A stretch of 64,000 bases of DNA from a virus (lineage: Duplodnaviria; Caudoviricetes): IMG/VR virus record IMGVR_UViG_3300037067_003400, positions 32,001-96,000 of that record, one strand, 5' to 3'. This document shows, one piece after another, positions 9,776-21,333 of this stretch. The notes beneath the pieces were generated by a model, which saw nothing but the letters and a program-made list of their open reading frames with translations, did not search any database and was not told the DNA's origin. Position numbers and translations under genes: made by a program. Each line of letters opens with the position of its first letter. Positions within the stretch are counted from its first letter, which is position 1.

Positions 9776-11311
9776 ATGGATATTCTTTCCATAGCTATTC
9801 CTGTTATCAGTAAGCTACAACAATACTTAGTATGCTTACTTAAGGGGAGTAATTCCCAGAAAGAGAGAGTTAAGTTGGACACTGAATCTAAATCTTCAGT
9901 AGTTCGAACAGGCTTTGAGGTTACAAGCCAGTTGCAAACAATGGGCGGAGTCTCATCATCCGAATTTGTTTGGAATAGAAAAAACCTAAGGAATACTATC
10001 TTTGACCCTTGTTTTATGGGCAAAGATGTATACATTGACCTTCTCAAAGTGTCGAATGGCACTGGTTTCCCAATGTATGAGGATGGTATTCCTCTTCAGC
10101 TAATACTTATTCCTTGGGATTTACGCAAGGACTTAAAGAAGAACTATAATGGAACCTATCTGCTTAGTGGGTTGTTAGCATCTGCTAATGAGCTTGCAGG
10201 TGAGGTTTCAAAGGCTAAAGTTTCTGGTGATATAAAGAGAGTTCAATCTTTAGTAACCAGAACTTGTTGCGCTTATGCTGAAGAACTATTGAGAACTCTC
10301 AATATAGATTTAGCACGACCAAGAAATAAATTATCTGGGAACCTTGTTGCCGTCCCAGATATAAGACACGATATCTTCTCGAGTTTAACTGCCTTTAAGA
10401 GAGGCTTGATTTCAGACTTGAGACCTGGTGAGATAGGTGTCTCTACTAAGGTTCTTAACAAAATTAATAACGGGAGAGACGTTCCAAAACGTATTGTTAA
10501 GAATGGTGACTATTTCATCACGAGTCGTTGGCCGTGCACTGATGTGCGTCCAATGAAGATTGTTGAACGGAATGAACATTCCTTTGTTGCTTACGTGTCA
10601 GCTGATTGGTTTACAACTACAGAGCACGAAGCTCCTATTCAACAGATGAAACTCTTCGAAGGAGACAACGACGGAGACACATTATTCTTCAACTTTGTTA
10701 CACATGTAGCAGAGGTGATGGATATATATGATAAGTTTATGGACGACGTAACCGTAGTTCCATTTACTCCAATGTCTTTAACTTATTTAGACCACGAGGT
10801 CTTAGATTGTAACGAGTTGCAGATAGCAACTGATAAGGCAGACCAGAAGAACTGGATTATGCCTTTAAGTGCAGCTATGTATGCTGGTTATGCTTTTATG
10901 GAGAACCGTGAACAACAAGGTCTCCCAGTCAATATGACTAAGCTTGAGTGGTGTGAAACTATGACTCAGGCTTTAGAGTTGTGCTTTGATAAAAAGCATA
11001 ATAATAATTCTAACCCTCGTCCTTTATATGGTATGCTCCAAGCAAAAGAGGGTTATACGTGGAATGCTGTTGTTAAGTTGCTGGAAGTCCAGAATCTTAA
11101 CATTGACATCCTTTACAAAATGCACGAAATGCTTGACGGTCAATCCCTAAGAGAAGCCGCAAGTGCTAATCTTCCGTTTAAAGTCGTGCACCAAATGCGT
11201 GGTGCTGATACTAAGAAACGCTTACAAACCATAGAAGCTTTGCTTCAGCAACCTGAACTTTGTAAGTGGTTTGTTTCTAACCTAGTTCCATCTTTACAAG
11301 GAGAGTGTTAA
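9776..11311 (+). CDS. divergent RNA polymerase beta'-like catalytic subunit (two-barrel fold)
   Basis: FEGDNDGDTL (DxDGD at 10664-10678), DYFITSRWP (cf. VLLNRAP), RNKLSGNLVAVPD..LRPGEIGV (cf. RVDYSGRSVIVVGP.L..HQCGL). Start codon uncertain. Confidence 0.8.
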   Translation: MDILSIAIPVISKLQQYLVCLLKGSNSQKERVKLDTESKSSVVRTGFEVTSQLQTMGGVSSSEFVWNRKNLRNTIFDPCFMGKDVYIDLLKVSNGTGFPMYEDGIPLQLILIPWDLRKDLKKNYNGTYLLSGLLASANELAGEVSKAKVSGDIKRVQSLVTRTCCAYAEELLRTLNIDLARPRNKLSGNLVAVPDIRHDIFSSLTAFKRGLISDLRPGEIGVSTKVLNKINNGRDVPKRIVKNGDYFITSRWPCTDVRPMKIVERNEHSFVAYVSADWFTTTEHEAPIQQMKLFEGDNDGDTLFFNFVTHVAEVMDIYDKFMDDVTVVPFTPMSLTYLDHEVLDCNELQIATDKADQKNWIMPLSAAMYAGYAFMENREQQGLPVNMTKLEWCETMTQALELCFDKKHNNNSNPRPLYGMLQAKEGYTWNAVVKLLEVQNLNIDILYKMHEMLDGQSLREAASANLPFKVVHQMRGADTKKRLQTIEALLQQPELCKWFVSNLVPSLQGEC

Positions 11312-11312
11312 T

Positions 11313-13271
11313 ATGGAATTTGCATATGAAATCGAGAAAGACCTATTTGAAATATATAAAATAGGTTTAGAGAAGTTCCTTGTTCTAAACTATAAGGGCA
11401 AGGAATATAAGACCAGAATTCCTATCACAAGTGATGGTAGGATAATACTGCCTTCAGGTTCTCAGCCTGTGTTTAGAAAGACTGTCGAAATCACATATGA
11501 TGATTTCAAGCCAGAAGTCAAGATGTATCAGAACATTGAGCAGTGGATTATAAAAGACTGCCAAGACCCTAAACTTCAGGGTTATATAGTTAGTATGCTG
11601 AAGCAGTCAGAGGGTGATGTCTCTGCTTGTGAAAACTTAGTTCGTGGTTTGCTTCTTAAATCATTGAATAAGTTTTATAAGTCTACTACGGTTTGGGAAG
11701 ACCCTGGTTCAGATTTTGAGTGTTTTGCTCAGAAGCTAACCTATGTCTTAGCAGATGGTGTGCCTCCTACTCGTAGAGGCGGATTCTTCCCTGATTCAGT
11801 AACTAAACACAGATTGACATTTCTCCGAGCTTTAGAAAATCAGGGAGTGTCTTCCTTGTGTGCAACTCAGCCCGGTGACCCGGGCACAACAGCTGATTGG
11901 GTTGATAAAGCAACTGGACTTCCTGTTTATATGGGAATTCAGCCGATGGCTTTAGAATGTCATCCTATGCGTTATGCTATTCAGAGAGGCTTAACGCATT
12001 TTGTTAAGTTACAAAACTCTGAAGCTCCATTTGTTAATGTAGAAGAGACATTAAAGTATCCGTCTCTTCAGACTGTGAATGCTAATGTCATTTGCGGAGA
12101 CTTAGGTCTTAACGATTCGGTGATTATTTCCCAGGACTTAGCAGATAGACTTACTGGTCTTGAGGATGAGGTTCACACCCATACTCTTGACGGTTTGATA
12201 ACTTGCAGAGGTGAAAGTGAGCCTTTAACTTTCCCAAGCGTCGTGAAGAGAAGTATGCTTCAGAAGACTGAAACTGCTTATGATGTCTTTGTGAGATATC
12301 GCAGACTATGGCTCTCCAAGTATGGGGATGAGAGCAAGGTTAGCCAAGTTCGTAAGAAACATCTTCTTAGTGTGATGAAAACGTGCCCGCTATTAAGTGT
12401 GGTATGTCCTGATGTTCAGGAACGTATCCACTTGAATATGTATAACTGTGAGTATGGAGAAAATAGCTCCGAGAGTTTTACTAAGTTTCGCAGATGGTTA
12501 CAACTTAATGACAAATATGCGACAGATATGTTGCCTTTTAACCATCTTAATCAGCCTGTGTCAAGAAGATTTCCCGGTGTGGGAATTGATAGACTTATAG
12601 CTGAATCTAATTCCGGTAGAAGTGTTCTTTATAAAGAATTTCACGGAATTGACAAGAATAAATGCCGAGTCGGTGCTAAGTTACAGACCGACGCAGACTT
12701 AGCAAAAGGTGTTTGTAACATCTTTGAGAATGAGCGTATGCCATTTATCAAGAGAGCTGATGGCACTATGGTTAGAGCAGATTTAGTCGTTGATATGGCT
12801 AAATCGACCAAGAAACACGGTTCTCTTCGTTTTGCTCATCTAACTATGGCTTTATATGCTATAGGACAAGCTAAAGGCGGTATAACCGTAAAGGTTTCTG
12901 AGCCGTGGAGTGATGAGAAGATTGTTGCAACTGGTAAGAGATTGGGTATCTATGATGATGAGTCTCTTACTTGTGAGATGTGGAATGATACACAGACTCA
13001 CGTTCTTGGGAAATTTCCTGCCGGCGTTATCCGTATAGGTAGACATCGTCAAGACCCTGATATTCAGGGCGGTGTCGTTGGTGAGTTAGGCAAGAAAGAG
13101 TTAACTGCAAGAAACGTTCTTAAAGAATCTGGAGTTAGAGATGGTTTTATTGATACTAACGTTCAGATGGCTTTTGGTTTCATAGAGTCAGCTAAAGAAC
13201 TCAGGCGTGTAACTCCCAGTGCAAAGAAGAAAGTTAATGCACTTGAGAGAGTTTTAGTGTTCAATAACTAA
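11313..13271 (+). CDS. divergent RNA polymerase beta-like subunit
   Basis: IPITSDGRIIL, NDSVIISQDL, VGAKLQTDADLAKGVC..ERMPF..DGT..ADLVVD (cf. GDK..GRHGNKGV..EDMPY..DGTPVDIV), SGVRDGFID (cf. GGQRFGEME). Confidence 0.8.
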   Translation: MEFAYEIEKDLFEIYKIGLEKFLVLNYKGKEYKTRIPITSDGRIILPSGSQPVFRKTVEITYDDFKPEVKMYQNIEQWIIKDCQDPKLQGYIVSMLKQSEGDVSACENLVRGLLLKSLNKFYKSTTVWEDPGSDFECFAQKLTYVLADGVPPTRRGGFFPDSVTKHRLTFLRALENQGVSSLCATQPGDPGTTADWVDKATGLPVYMGIQPMALECHPMRYAIQRGLTHFVKLQNSEAPFVNVEETLKYPSLQTVNANVICGDLGLNDSVIISQDLADRLTGLEDEVHTHTLDGLITCRGESEPLTFPSVVKRSMLQKTETAYDVFVRYRRLWLSKYGDESKVSQVRKKHLLSVMKTCPLLSVVCPDVQERIHLNMYNCEYGENSSESFTKFRRWLQLNDKYATDMLPFNHLNQPVSRRFPGVGIDRLIAESNSGRSVLYKEFHGIDKNKCRVGAKLQTDADLAKGVCNIFENERMPFIKRADGTMVRADLVVDMAKSTKKHGSLRFAHLTMALYAIGQAKGGITVKVSEPWSDEKIVATGKRLGIYDDESLTCEMWNDTQTHVLGKFPAGVIRIGRHRQDPDIQGGVVGELGKKELTARNVLKESGVRDGFIDTNVQMAFGFIESAKELRRVTPSAKKKVNALERVLVFNN

Positions 13272-13340
13272 GGTACGGCCTTCGGCCTACCTACTACGAC
13301 TTACTTTACCACACTTTATATCTCTCGAGTTGATGGGATT

Positions 13341-13377
13341 GGGAGCCTGCCCTTAGCGGGGTGGGCTCCCCCTTTTT
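13341..13377 (+). terminator. intrinsic terminator downstream of the RNAP genes
   Basis: GGGAGCCTGCCC/GGGTGGGCTCCC hairpin plus TTTTT. Confidence 0.7.
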
Positions 13378-13415
13378 GGCTTCTGAAAGCCATATCACAA
13401 TTCCCGTCAGAAAAG

Positions 13416-14678
13416 GTGAGAGCTATGCGAGTTAGGAATGCTAAAGGTGAAGAATACGAAGTCATTCGTTACACAGGTAACAATGACAAAGAGGTTTTAA
13501 GTTTCATGGCTGAATGTGCTAAGCCACATTGGAAAGACCCGTTAGAGGAAGGTTCTTGGTTACTTAAGAGCCATTTTAGTCCTAAAGCAGGTGTTGTGCA
13601 TCCTACTGTCATGCGTATTAAAAGTGACGTTTTTGACAAGAATTTCACACTAATTGATATGGATATGTCCGTGTTTTCTAAAGGTTGTAACAATTGCGGC
13701 ACAAGTGTGGGCTGTGATGACAAGATGGTATGCAAAGGCTGTTATGATGACCTTAGCCATCTGTTCCATAGTATGTGTGAGCAAAATAGTAGCCTTATCA
13801 AGAGAAATAAAGACCTTGAAGGTAGCCATACATTTGTTGAGGGTAGACTTACTACTCTTCAAGCTAAGTATGCTGAACTTTGTGAAGACTATAGAGAATT
13901 AACACGTATAGAGAATTCTCAACGTGTTGAACTTTCTAAGCTTCATGATAAAATACCACCTATTACAAATAATGGTGTTCCTCCCATTGGTGAGGTTTAC
14001 AACCATCTTATAGAGCTTACTGAAAGCTTAGTGACTCATAAGGCGCATCGTGTTAGTTATAATGGCACTACAGCTGTAAAAGAAGCTGATGTTTTAGCTA
14101 TCTACGTTACTGAAGAAAATGAAGAGATAGCTAATCACATTATTCATAGGGATACCGATTGTGAGCAAGATATTAAGCCAGGGTTCTGGTTTATAATTGA
14201 GGGAGACAAGTGGGCTTCTACAAATAATTCTACTTACTTCCATCAGTTCTACCATCTCCTCACACCGGACTCAAAAGGTTTCCCAGAACCAGGTTTACAG
14301 TTAGATAAAGTAGTAGAGTCTTTCAAGCCTGAAGTCTTAAAGGTTGAAGACCTTGTATTAGAACCTTCGGTTCCAAAGGTCAAGAGCTCTATGACTATCT
14401 CTGGTGAGACTATGAGAGATATATACGGCGGTGTTGTAGTAGCTACTGTATATAAGAAGACTAGAAATGGAACCTTAGATTACGATAAGCCTTTTAGGGC
14501 TATTCGAGTTATGGGTCTTAACTATGAAAAGGCTTGTGAGATAGTAAAGAAGTGCTGTCCTACTTGCCATGTAAAACCAGCCAAGTTCTCTTGGTTTGTG
14601 TGGGATGAGAATGGATGGTTCCAAACTATCTTTACACACAAAGACTTTCATGGTCGTTATCACATAGAGGATAACTAA
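13416..14678 (+). CDS. multidomain hypothetical protein (three diverged repeats, Cys cluster, coiled coil)
   Basis: Repeats EVIRYTGNN..GSWLL, LAIYVTEEN..GFWFII and RAIRVMGLN..FSWFVW; CxxC..CxxC; heptad region. Confidence 0.65.
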   Translation: MRAMRVRNAKGEEYEVIRYTGNNDKEVLSFMAECAKPHWKDPLEEGSWLLKSHFSPKAGVVHPTVMRIKSDVFDKNFTLIDMDMSVFSKGCNNCGTSVGCDDKMVCKGCYDDLSHLFHSMCEQNSSLIKRNKDLEGSHTFVEGRLTTLQAKYAELCEDYRELTRIENSQRVELSKLHDKIPPITNNGVPPIGEVYNHLIELTESLVTHKAHRVSYNGTTAVKEADVLAIYVTEENEEIANHIIHRDTDCEQDIKPGFWFIIEGDKWASTNNSTYFHQFYHLLTPDSKGFPEPGLQLDKVVESFKPEVLKVEDLVLEPSVPKVKSSMTISGETMRDIYGGVVVATVYKKTRNGTLDYDKPFRAIRVMGLNYEKACEIVKKCCPTCHVKPAKFSWFVWDENGWFQTIFTHKDFHGRYHIEDN

Positions 14679-15217
14679 AAAATTTTGTCTCCTGAAAGCT
14701 ATACTCGGGCTACTTAGAGGAAGATACTCTTCTTCTATAGGTAGCCCCTCTTTATTTTTTACCTGAAGGTAGGTGATGTGTTGAAAGCTAATTGGATTGT
14801 GTTGTTTATTATATTGGCTGTCATCTGTGCTATCTTTGGACCGGGAGCTGCCTTGATAGTTCTTGGCATACTCTTGTTTGCCAGATGGTGTGCGTATGAT
14901 GATGAACAACAAAGAAAGAATAAGCAGTAGGTGTTGGGAGGCTGCGCCCCTTCGGGGCTTGCCTTCTCTTGGACGGGGCGTGTCGTCATCACGGAGTAGA
15001 AGATACGTTCGTATCTTCGGAGTGATACGGACTTCGTCCTACCTACTACGGCTTACGCGCCGTTTACTATTTATCTCTTTTTGTGAGGGATTCAGAGAGT
15101 GTTTCCTTCTATGAGGCAACAAACCTCAACAAGAACTATGTAGGTTAATTGCCTTCGTATCTTCTATTGTTGTTCGAGGTTGACGAGACCTCTATTCTAT
15201 ATCTTAGGAGTATACTA

Positions 15218-15862
15218 ATGTCTAAAACGCAAACACCAGCAGATACTGCTGAAGACCTTGGCACTATTGTTTCTTTAGAAGAAGTTAAAGAAGCAGTTGC
15301 CAATGTAAAACCAGAAATCCTTGCAATTTCTGATTTAGATTTAGGAAGTGATACGGTCGATACCAAACTTCCAAGATTTGAACGTGCGATGGTCAAGAAG
15401 TATAAATACTTCGCAGAATTAGACGGCATTAAAGCCTTCTATTCCCTTGTTTTTGTTAAAACAGAAACAGGTGTGGTCAAGACCAATCCACAGGGTAAGC
15501 CAATTATTAGTGGCTTGCAGGTTGGGATTATCTTCGATGTTTTAGGTTCTCCAGGTATGCTTGATAGCATATACATAAAGAAGAACCCAAGTGGCAACTT
15601 CTTCTGGATTGTCGGTGACGCTCAACAGACTATAACCGGCAAGATAAAAGACGTTGACTATGAACAAGTCGTGTCAAATATGTCAGCTGTTGGAACAGGC
15701 GACTCCGTCAAATACTTTGATGAATGCCGTTTCAATAAGCTCACACCAGCTAAAGAGGGAAGACCTAAAGGCGGTATCTACCCTGTCTTCGCATTGAATA
15801 TGAAAGAACTTGCTCCTGTGTTATGGGCAGGGCTTTCAAAAGCAGAACCTATAGTTATATAA
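15218..15862 (+). CDS. hypothetical protein
   Basis: ATG at 15218 after AGGAG; followed by a hairpin at about 15877-15908. Confidence 0.7.
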   Translation: MSKTQTPADTAEDLGTIVSLEEVKEAVANVKPEILAISDLDLGSDTVDTKLPRFERAMVKKYKYFAELDGIKAFYSLVFVKTETGVVKTNPQGKPIISGLQVGIIFDVLGSPGMLDSIYIKKNPSGNFFWIVGDAQQTITGKIKDVDYEQVVSNMSAVGTGDSVKYFDECRFNKLTPAKEGRPKGGIYPVFALNMKELAPVLWAGLSKAEPIVI

Positions 15863-16159
15863 GTGTTTTTTTTGTGGTATGGGGAATAGTTAAACTATTC
15901 CCTATGCCTATTTCTGTTAATTTTTTACATTAATTTTTTAAGATGTGGGAGCTTTGGTAGCTTTTATTCACCTCGTAACCAAAGCTCCTGCTTTAAATTC
16001 TTGCTATTATAAAGTATATCTGATGAGATACTCGTTATCTCAATCATTGAGGTAGTCTACGGTTTCTCTCTCTCCTTTACGTAGGCTACCTCTAAATTAA
16101 AACAATATGATTTAGAGGCTACCTCTAAATTATTAAATTTATATTTAGAGGGTTGTATT

Positions 16160-19100
16160 ATGTATCTACTATTTTTGATTTACCACATATTTGTTTTAGT
16201 ATTAGCCACTGCTCTTGTAGCTTATTCTATTAAGCAACAGGGTAACACTATCTTTAGTAAGATGAACTTACTATTCTACCTTGTAGGTATTGGGGCTATC
16301 GTTAAGATAGTTTATAATATTTATATGCTATTAGGTAAATAATTCTGGGATAGTTTTTTAGTCCTCTTTACTTTAGTGAGTTATAGTTATGATAAAGCAA
16401 AGATTAAATAGAGTTATTTTAAGGGCTGATAATGCTTCTGGTAGAAGACTTGTTAACAAGAAGCTTAAGAAGGTAAAACGACATTATGCCCATCTTAGGA
16501 ATTTACTATGGAAAAATTATACAAAGTCACATGGTATCCAGACGGTAAGAGCAGCAACCCAGTAACTGTTAGGACAGCAGAAGTTTTTGCCGATTTTGAT
16601 TGGCGGGCTGAATTTAAGGCTTGGGAACGTTTTAGTGGTCACGACGGTAAGTTCAGTGATTGGGTTGATGATACGAACGCAGAAACTGAGCTGTGTGTTT
16701 TTAGTGAAAAAGAAAGACGAGACAGACTGTGGCAATTGCAAAGTAGACTTGAAGATTTGAAGATGGAGCATAGCTTTATAACCTCTGAAATTGGTAAATA
16801 TAGAAAGTATATAGCTTACTGGAAGAAAGAGGTAGGTGAAGAATGATAGAGTCTATTATTACAGTTTTAGTAGTTCTTGCTTTGGTAACTGTGTTTTATG
16901 TTACCTTTTTACCATATAAGTTTAAACCTGTTACTGGAATAATTTTATTAATTATATCTTGGGTTACAGTAGCAAACGGTGTATGGTTTATATTGGACAA
17001 GGTTTTTGGTAGAATATAGGGATTAAGTAGGTATACCATGAAAAAGTTACTTACATATTTAGTGATTGGTTTTATACCAATTATTATAGTTTTAGTGCTG
17101 GGTTTTCTTATCTGGTTTCCTCTGGGTGCTCTTACTTATGAAGCTCCGGGGTCTCTTTTGTATAGTTTTGGCATAGTAGTAGGGATTATAGACATTTTAT
17201 TAGTTGCCCTTTTCTTTGGGTGGCTAATATGTGGTGGTATGGTTTCAGATTGAGGTGATACTATGAGTTTATTTAACTGGGGATTTGTTACATGTGTAAC
17301 AGGGTGTATAGTTTTCTTTATGACTCTATGGTTAGAGGAAAAGTTAACCTTAGACTCTGCTATTATATGGATGCTGGTAGCATTCATTGTAGTTATTATA
17401 GGTGCCTGTATTATGTTGGGGAGCCTTGTAGTTCCAGGTATAATCCACCTTGTAAGACAGTTATAGGTGATGATATGATGGAAAAAGATAATGGCTCTGG
17501 GTTAGATATTTTACTATGTATCTTAGTATTCTTAGCCCTTTTAGCTATTCCAGTAATTCTTGTAGAAACAGGTAAATAATATGGTAGAGTGGGGAATTAA
17601 TGATGATTGGGCTATTCGTATACTAACTGAGAATCATATTATAGCTACTGAATACAATGGGTTTAATGTGAAGATAGTTAGTGCTTCTTTAAAAGAAGTT
17701 AAGCTACTGTTAGATAATGGTAAACAAGTTGTGTTAAGTTTAAATCCGTCTCTGTCTTTTAATGAGGCAGCACGTTGTTATCTGGATAATGCTCTTGAAG
17801 AGTATGCTGTTTTAAAGATACGAACTAAAAAGGGGTGCTTAACTGTAAAGCATAAAAGTAGGTTATATGATGGAAAGTATGGAAAAAATTCAGGACATAA
17901 TTAGGAACTATGCCAGAGCTAAGGGTGTGGATGTTGATATAAATGGTATTAAGGGTGGTTTTTCTGTTAAGTTAGATGAACCCTATGGTTCTGGTTTTCC
18001 TCGTTTTGGTGACTTTCTCCTGGATGATTATGCAGATAGTTTGAAAGAAATAAAGAAAAACATTGACAAGTATGTTGATGATAACCCAGTTATTCAGGGT
18101 GAAATACTTGCTAGAGAGTTGTTTGGGTATTAGTATTATGGAAAAGTTTGCTCATGATTTGACTTATCTTGCAGCTTATGGTGGGGAGCTTGTAGAAATA
18201 AAGAAGCTTCCTATATGTTGTGAGAACTTTGACTATGAGGATGAGAAAAATCCCCAGTGTAAAGAAGATGCAGCTTATGCATTTTCTTATGAGACCCACA
18301 CTAAATACTTTTGTGCTAAGCATGCAGAAGAGTATGCTAAGAAGAATTTTATAGAGTGAGTATGATGATAATAAAATGGACTAAAGGAACCATTACAGTT
18401 GATGTAGATGGTGAAGAAGTTGAAGTCATCCAGTATGAGGGTAAGTTCTCATCTGCCAGCTTCTATATAATGGAAGTCGGAGATAACTTTTACCCAGAGT
18501 ATTGCTTACATGGTGTTAGTCTCAGTAGAAATCCCCTTAATACTTTAGAGGAAGCACAACAGATTTGTGAAAATTTCCTTGTAACGATGGGTCTTAGTAA
18601 ACAACTACGTAAGGTAAAAGTTGCTTAAGTTATAGAGAGTTGGTAGAACAATGGGTGAGAATCTTTATCTACTATATAATAAAGACACTAAGGAATGTGA
18701 CTACCAGATTAGTTTTAGCGTAGCCAAAGTAGTACCTCTTTCAGATTTCTATAGCTGTGGTATTTTAGTGTTTAGAGATTCCTCAGTTAGTTACGTTAGT
18801 TCTTTATACAACAAGTATAACGAGTCTAATGTGCATGAGGAGTATACATTTGAAACTTTCCTTCGTATGAGACATTGTGATATTAGGTTTGTCAATTATC
18901 GTTATATTGATGAAGTCTCTCTTAAGGATAAAACCATTTGTTTTTGTGATGGAAGTAAAATAGGTACTTATGAAGACCTTGGATTGTCCAGTTGCAAAAA
19001 GTATATAAGTAGTATTCGAAATAGTAGAGGGAACACAGTACTTTTTGAATGTTGTGATACTTACGAACTTATTGAAGAATGTAGGGTAGCCAATATATGT

Positions 19101-21325
19101 TGTGAGGGTAAAGCTTATTTTAACCATAAGTATAGCTATGCGTGTGTTTATAAGGTTAAAGACAATAGTGATAAACTATTCTATATTTTAGTTGAAGCTA
19201 GTCAGTGTCCTGATTCAAGTAGTATTGTTAGTATACATACTGATTTTAATGAATGCTTAGATTTCTGTGTATATGATGCTGTTAGAGCGTCCAGACATAG
19301 TAATTGTTTTGATGATGTAGCCAGAGAGAGACTGGTTGAGTGTTTTAAGTAGGTGTAAATAATGGAAGCATTGATGACAGTAACTACTGCTTTATATGTA
19401 GCAAGCACAGTTTTTTTAGTTGCAATGTGTTTACGTTTTTTAAAACGTATTAAAGATGAGCAACAGCGATGAATGCATTAGATGTTATAGACTATGTTGA
19501 GTGGTTTAATAGGCAGTATCCCTATACGTCGTTGGGTTTTGAGTTAGAACTTGATGATATGCTTGAGATACTTTACCTTGTTAATACTAAGACCAATAAA
19601 TTTAATGCCAGCTTTATTTTATGTGACTTTAAAAGTCTCGATAGTTTAAAGAATACCATTATTCATTATCTACTTCGTAGATATATAGAGCTTGAGAAGT
19701 TCTTGCATTCTGTGCAGAATTACATAGAGGAGAATATTGATGGACAAAGTGGAAGTTACGAAGAGATTAACTGAGATTACTGAGTCAGTAGACTATAAGA
19801 CTATGCATGCAGTTTCAGAGGCTTTAGAAGAGTTTCTTCAGAAGACTTATGAGAATTCATGCAGAAAATATGGTTGTAGGTCATATTCTTTTCAGGCTAT
19901 AGTCTATGATATTTGTAGTGTGCTAAAAGCTGATTATAATGACATAGAAAAGAGAATCTTTGGTAGACCTGTTACTATAACTGTCAAGGAATTAGTAGAG
20001 GTTTTCGATGCACTGGGGTTTGATTTAATTATAACCCCTAAGTTGAGGAAATAATATGAATAGTGATGATATTCGTATAACAAGGTTTATTGATCTTTGG
20101 AAGTCTACCTTTGGCAAAGAATCTAAGTATGATATACAGCATTTTTATGGAGAAAAGTGGTCAACTACTAATAGGTTATCTATTCGTTGGAAGGATTCCT
20201 ACGATTATATAGTAGAGGTTGACCTTAATTATGTGCACAGTTTATTACAACTTGTAGAACTTGTTCACAGAAAATTCGTAAATAATGTATCTTGTGTATG
20301 TTGGAAAAAGAAAGAGGATTTCTCTCCATATGCTGCTGATGTAGCTAATATGTCTAATATTCTTTCTAATATCCAACGGGTAGCAGTCTTTGATGATACT
20401 ATACTTGAAGAGCAGGTTCATGCGTTTATTAATAGTTTTCAGAAAGAATTTGGGAATGCTTGGACTGGTGGGTATAATATTTATCGGGAGGACAACGAGA
20501 GATATGGTCTTTGCGTTGTTATAACTCCTGAGCAGAAGAATCGTGAAGAATATTTTCCATTCTCTCTTGGTATTGATAAAATAATAAGTCATATATCTAA
20601 GTGGGTAGAAGCTGATATACAACAGACTATTGAAAGAGCTAAGAGAACTTTAGAAATTAAAGAATCTCAGGTTGGTCTTGTTGGTAAGATTAAAGACACT
20701 ATGCTAAAGCTGGGGTGGTTGAAAAGTTATGAACCTAAACAAGAAGAGGATATCGTTTAAGAAGTTTCATAATATAACGAGAGACTTTTACTATGTAAAT
20801 GTTTCTGTTAATATGGACCTTCAGGACAATTTATACCCAGAGATAATAGACTATCTTTGGGAAAAAGATGGGCACTTAATAAGGTACATTTTCCATATAT
20901 GGACTGCTGTTACTGATGATTCTATGAGTCGTATAGATTTCGTACCTGAGTATGGTGATAGAAGAGGTAAAGTGTTGTCTATCCCTGGGTGTCTCGATTT
21001 GAAGTTCTATTTATCTACAGTGTCACATGATACTTTTTATGTACACTTAGATGATGATGTCTTTTTAACTTTACATTTTTATTAATCTTGTTACACAGGT
21101 AACAGATTGAGTGGTATAACTATGGCAAATCATAATTGGTGTTGGGAAGGGGAGTGTGAAGATCATTGGTGTGTTTCTTGCGCTCATGGTAAAGATGACT
21201 ATTTTGTATGTGCTCCCGTTTGTGTAGAGTGTGGTGGTCATGGGAGTCATGACTTTGCTGTTAGGGGTTCTCTTCCATGTCATTGGGTGCCTGAAGTAAC
21301 TATAAAACCTATAGAATATGAGTAG
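16160..21325 (+). other. run of about 15 small hypothetical and membrane protein genes
   Basis: Contiguous, coupled + strand ORFs with no recognisable family motifs. Confidence 0.6.
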
Positions 21326-21333
21326 GTGTTGTA

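Noticed and set aside
16020-16050. Second hammerhead candidate (CTGATGA followed by a hairpin)
   Set aside because: The hairpin is followed by TCAA rather than GAAA, and no stem III or cleavage triplet is evident.
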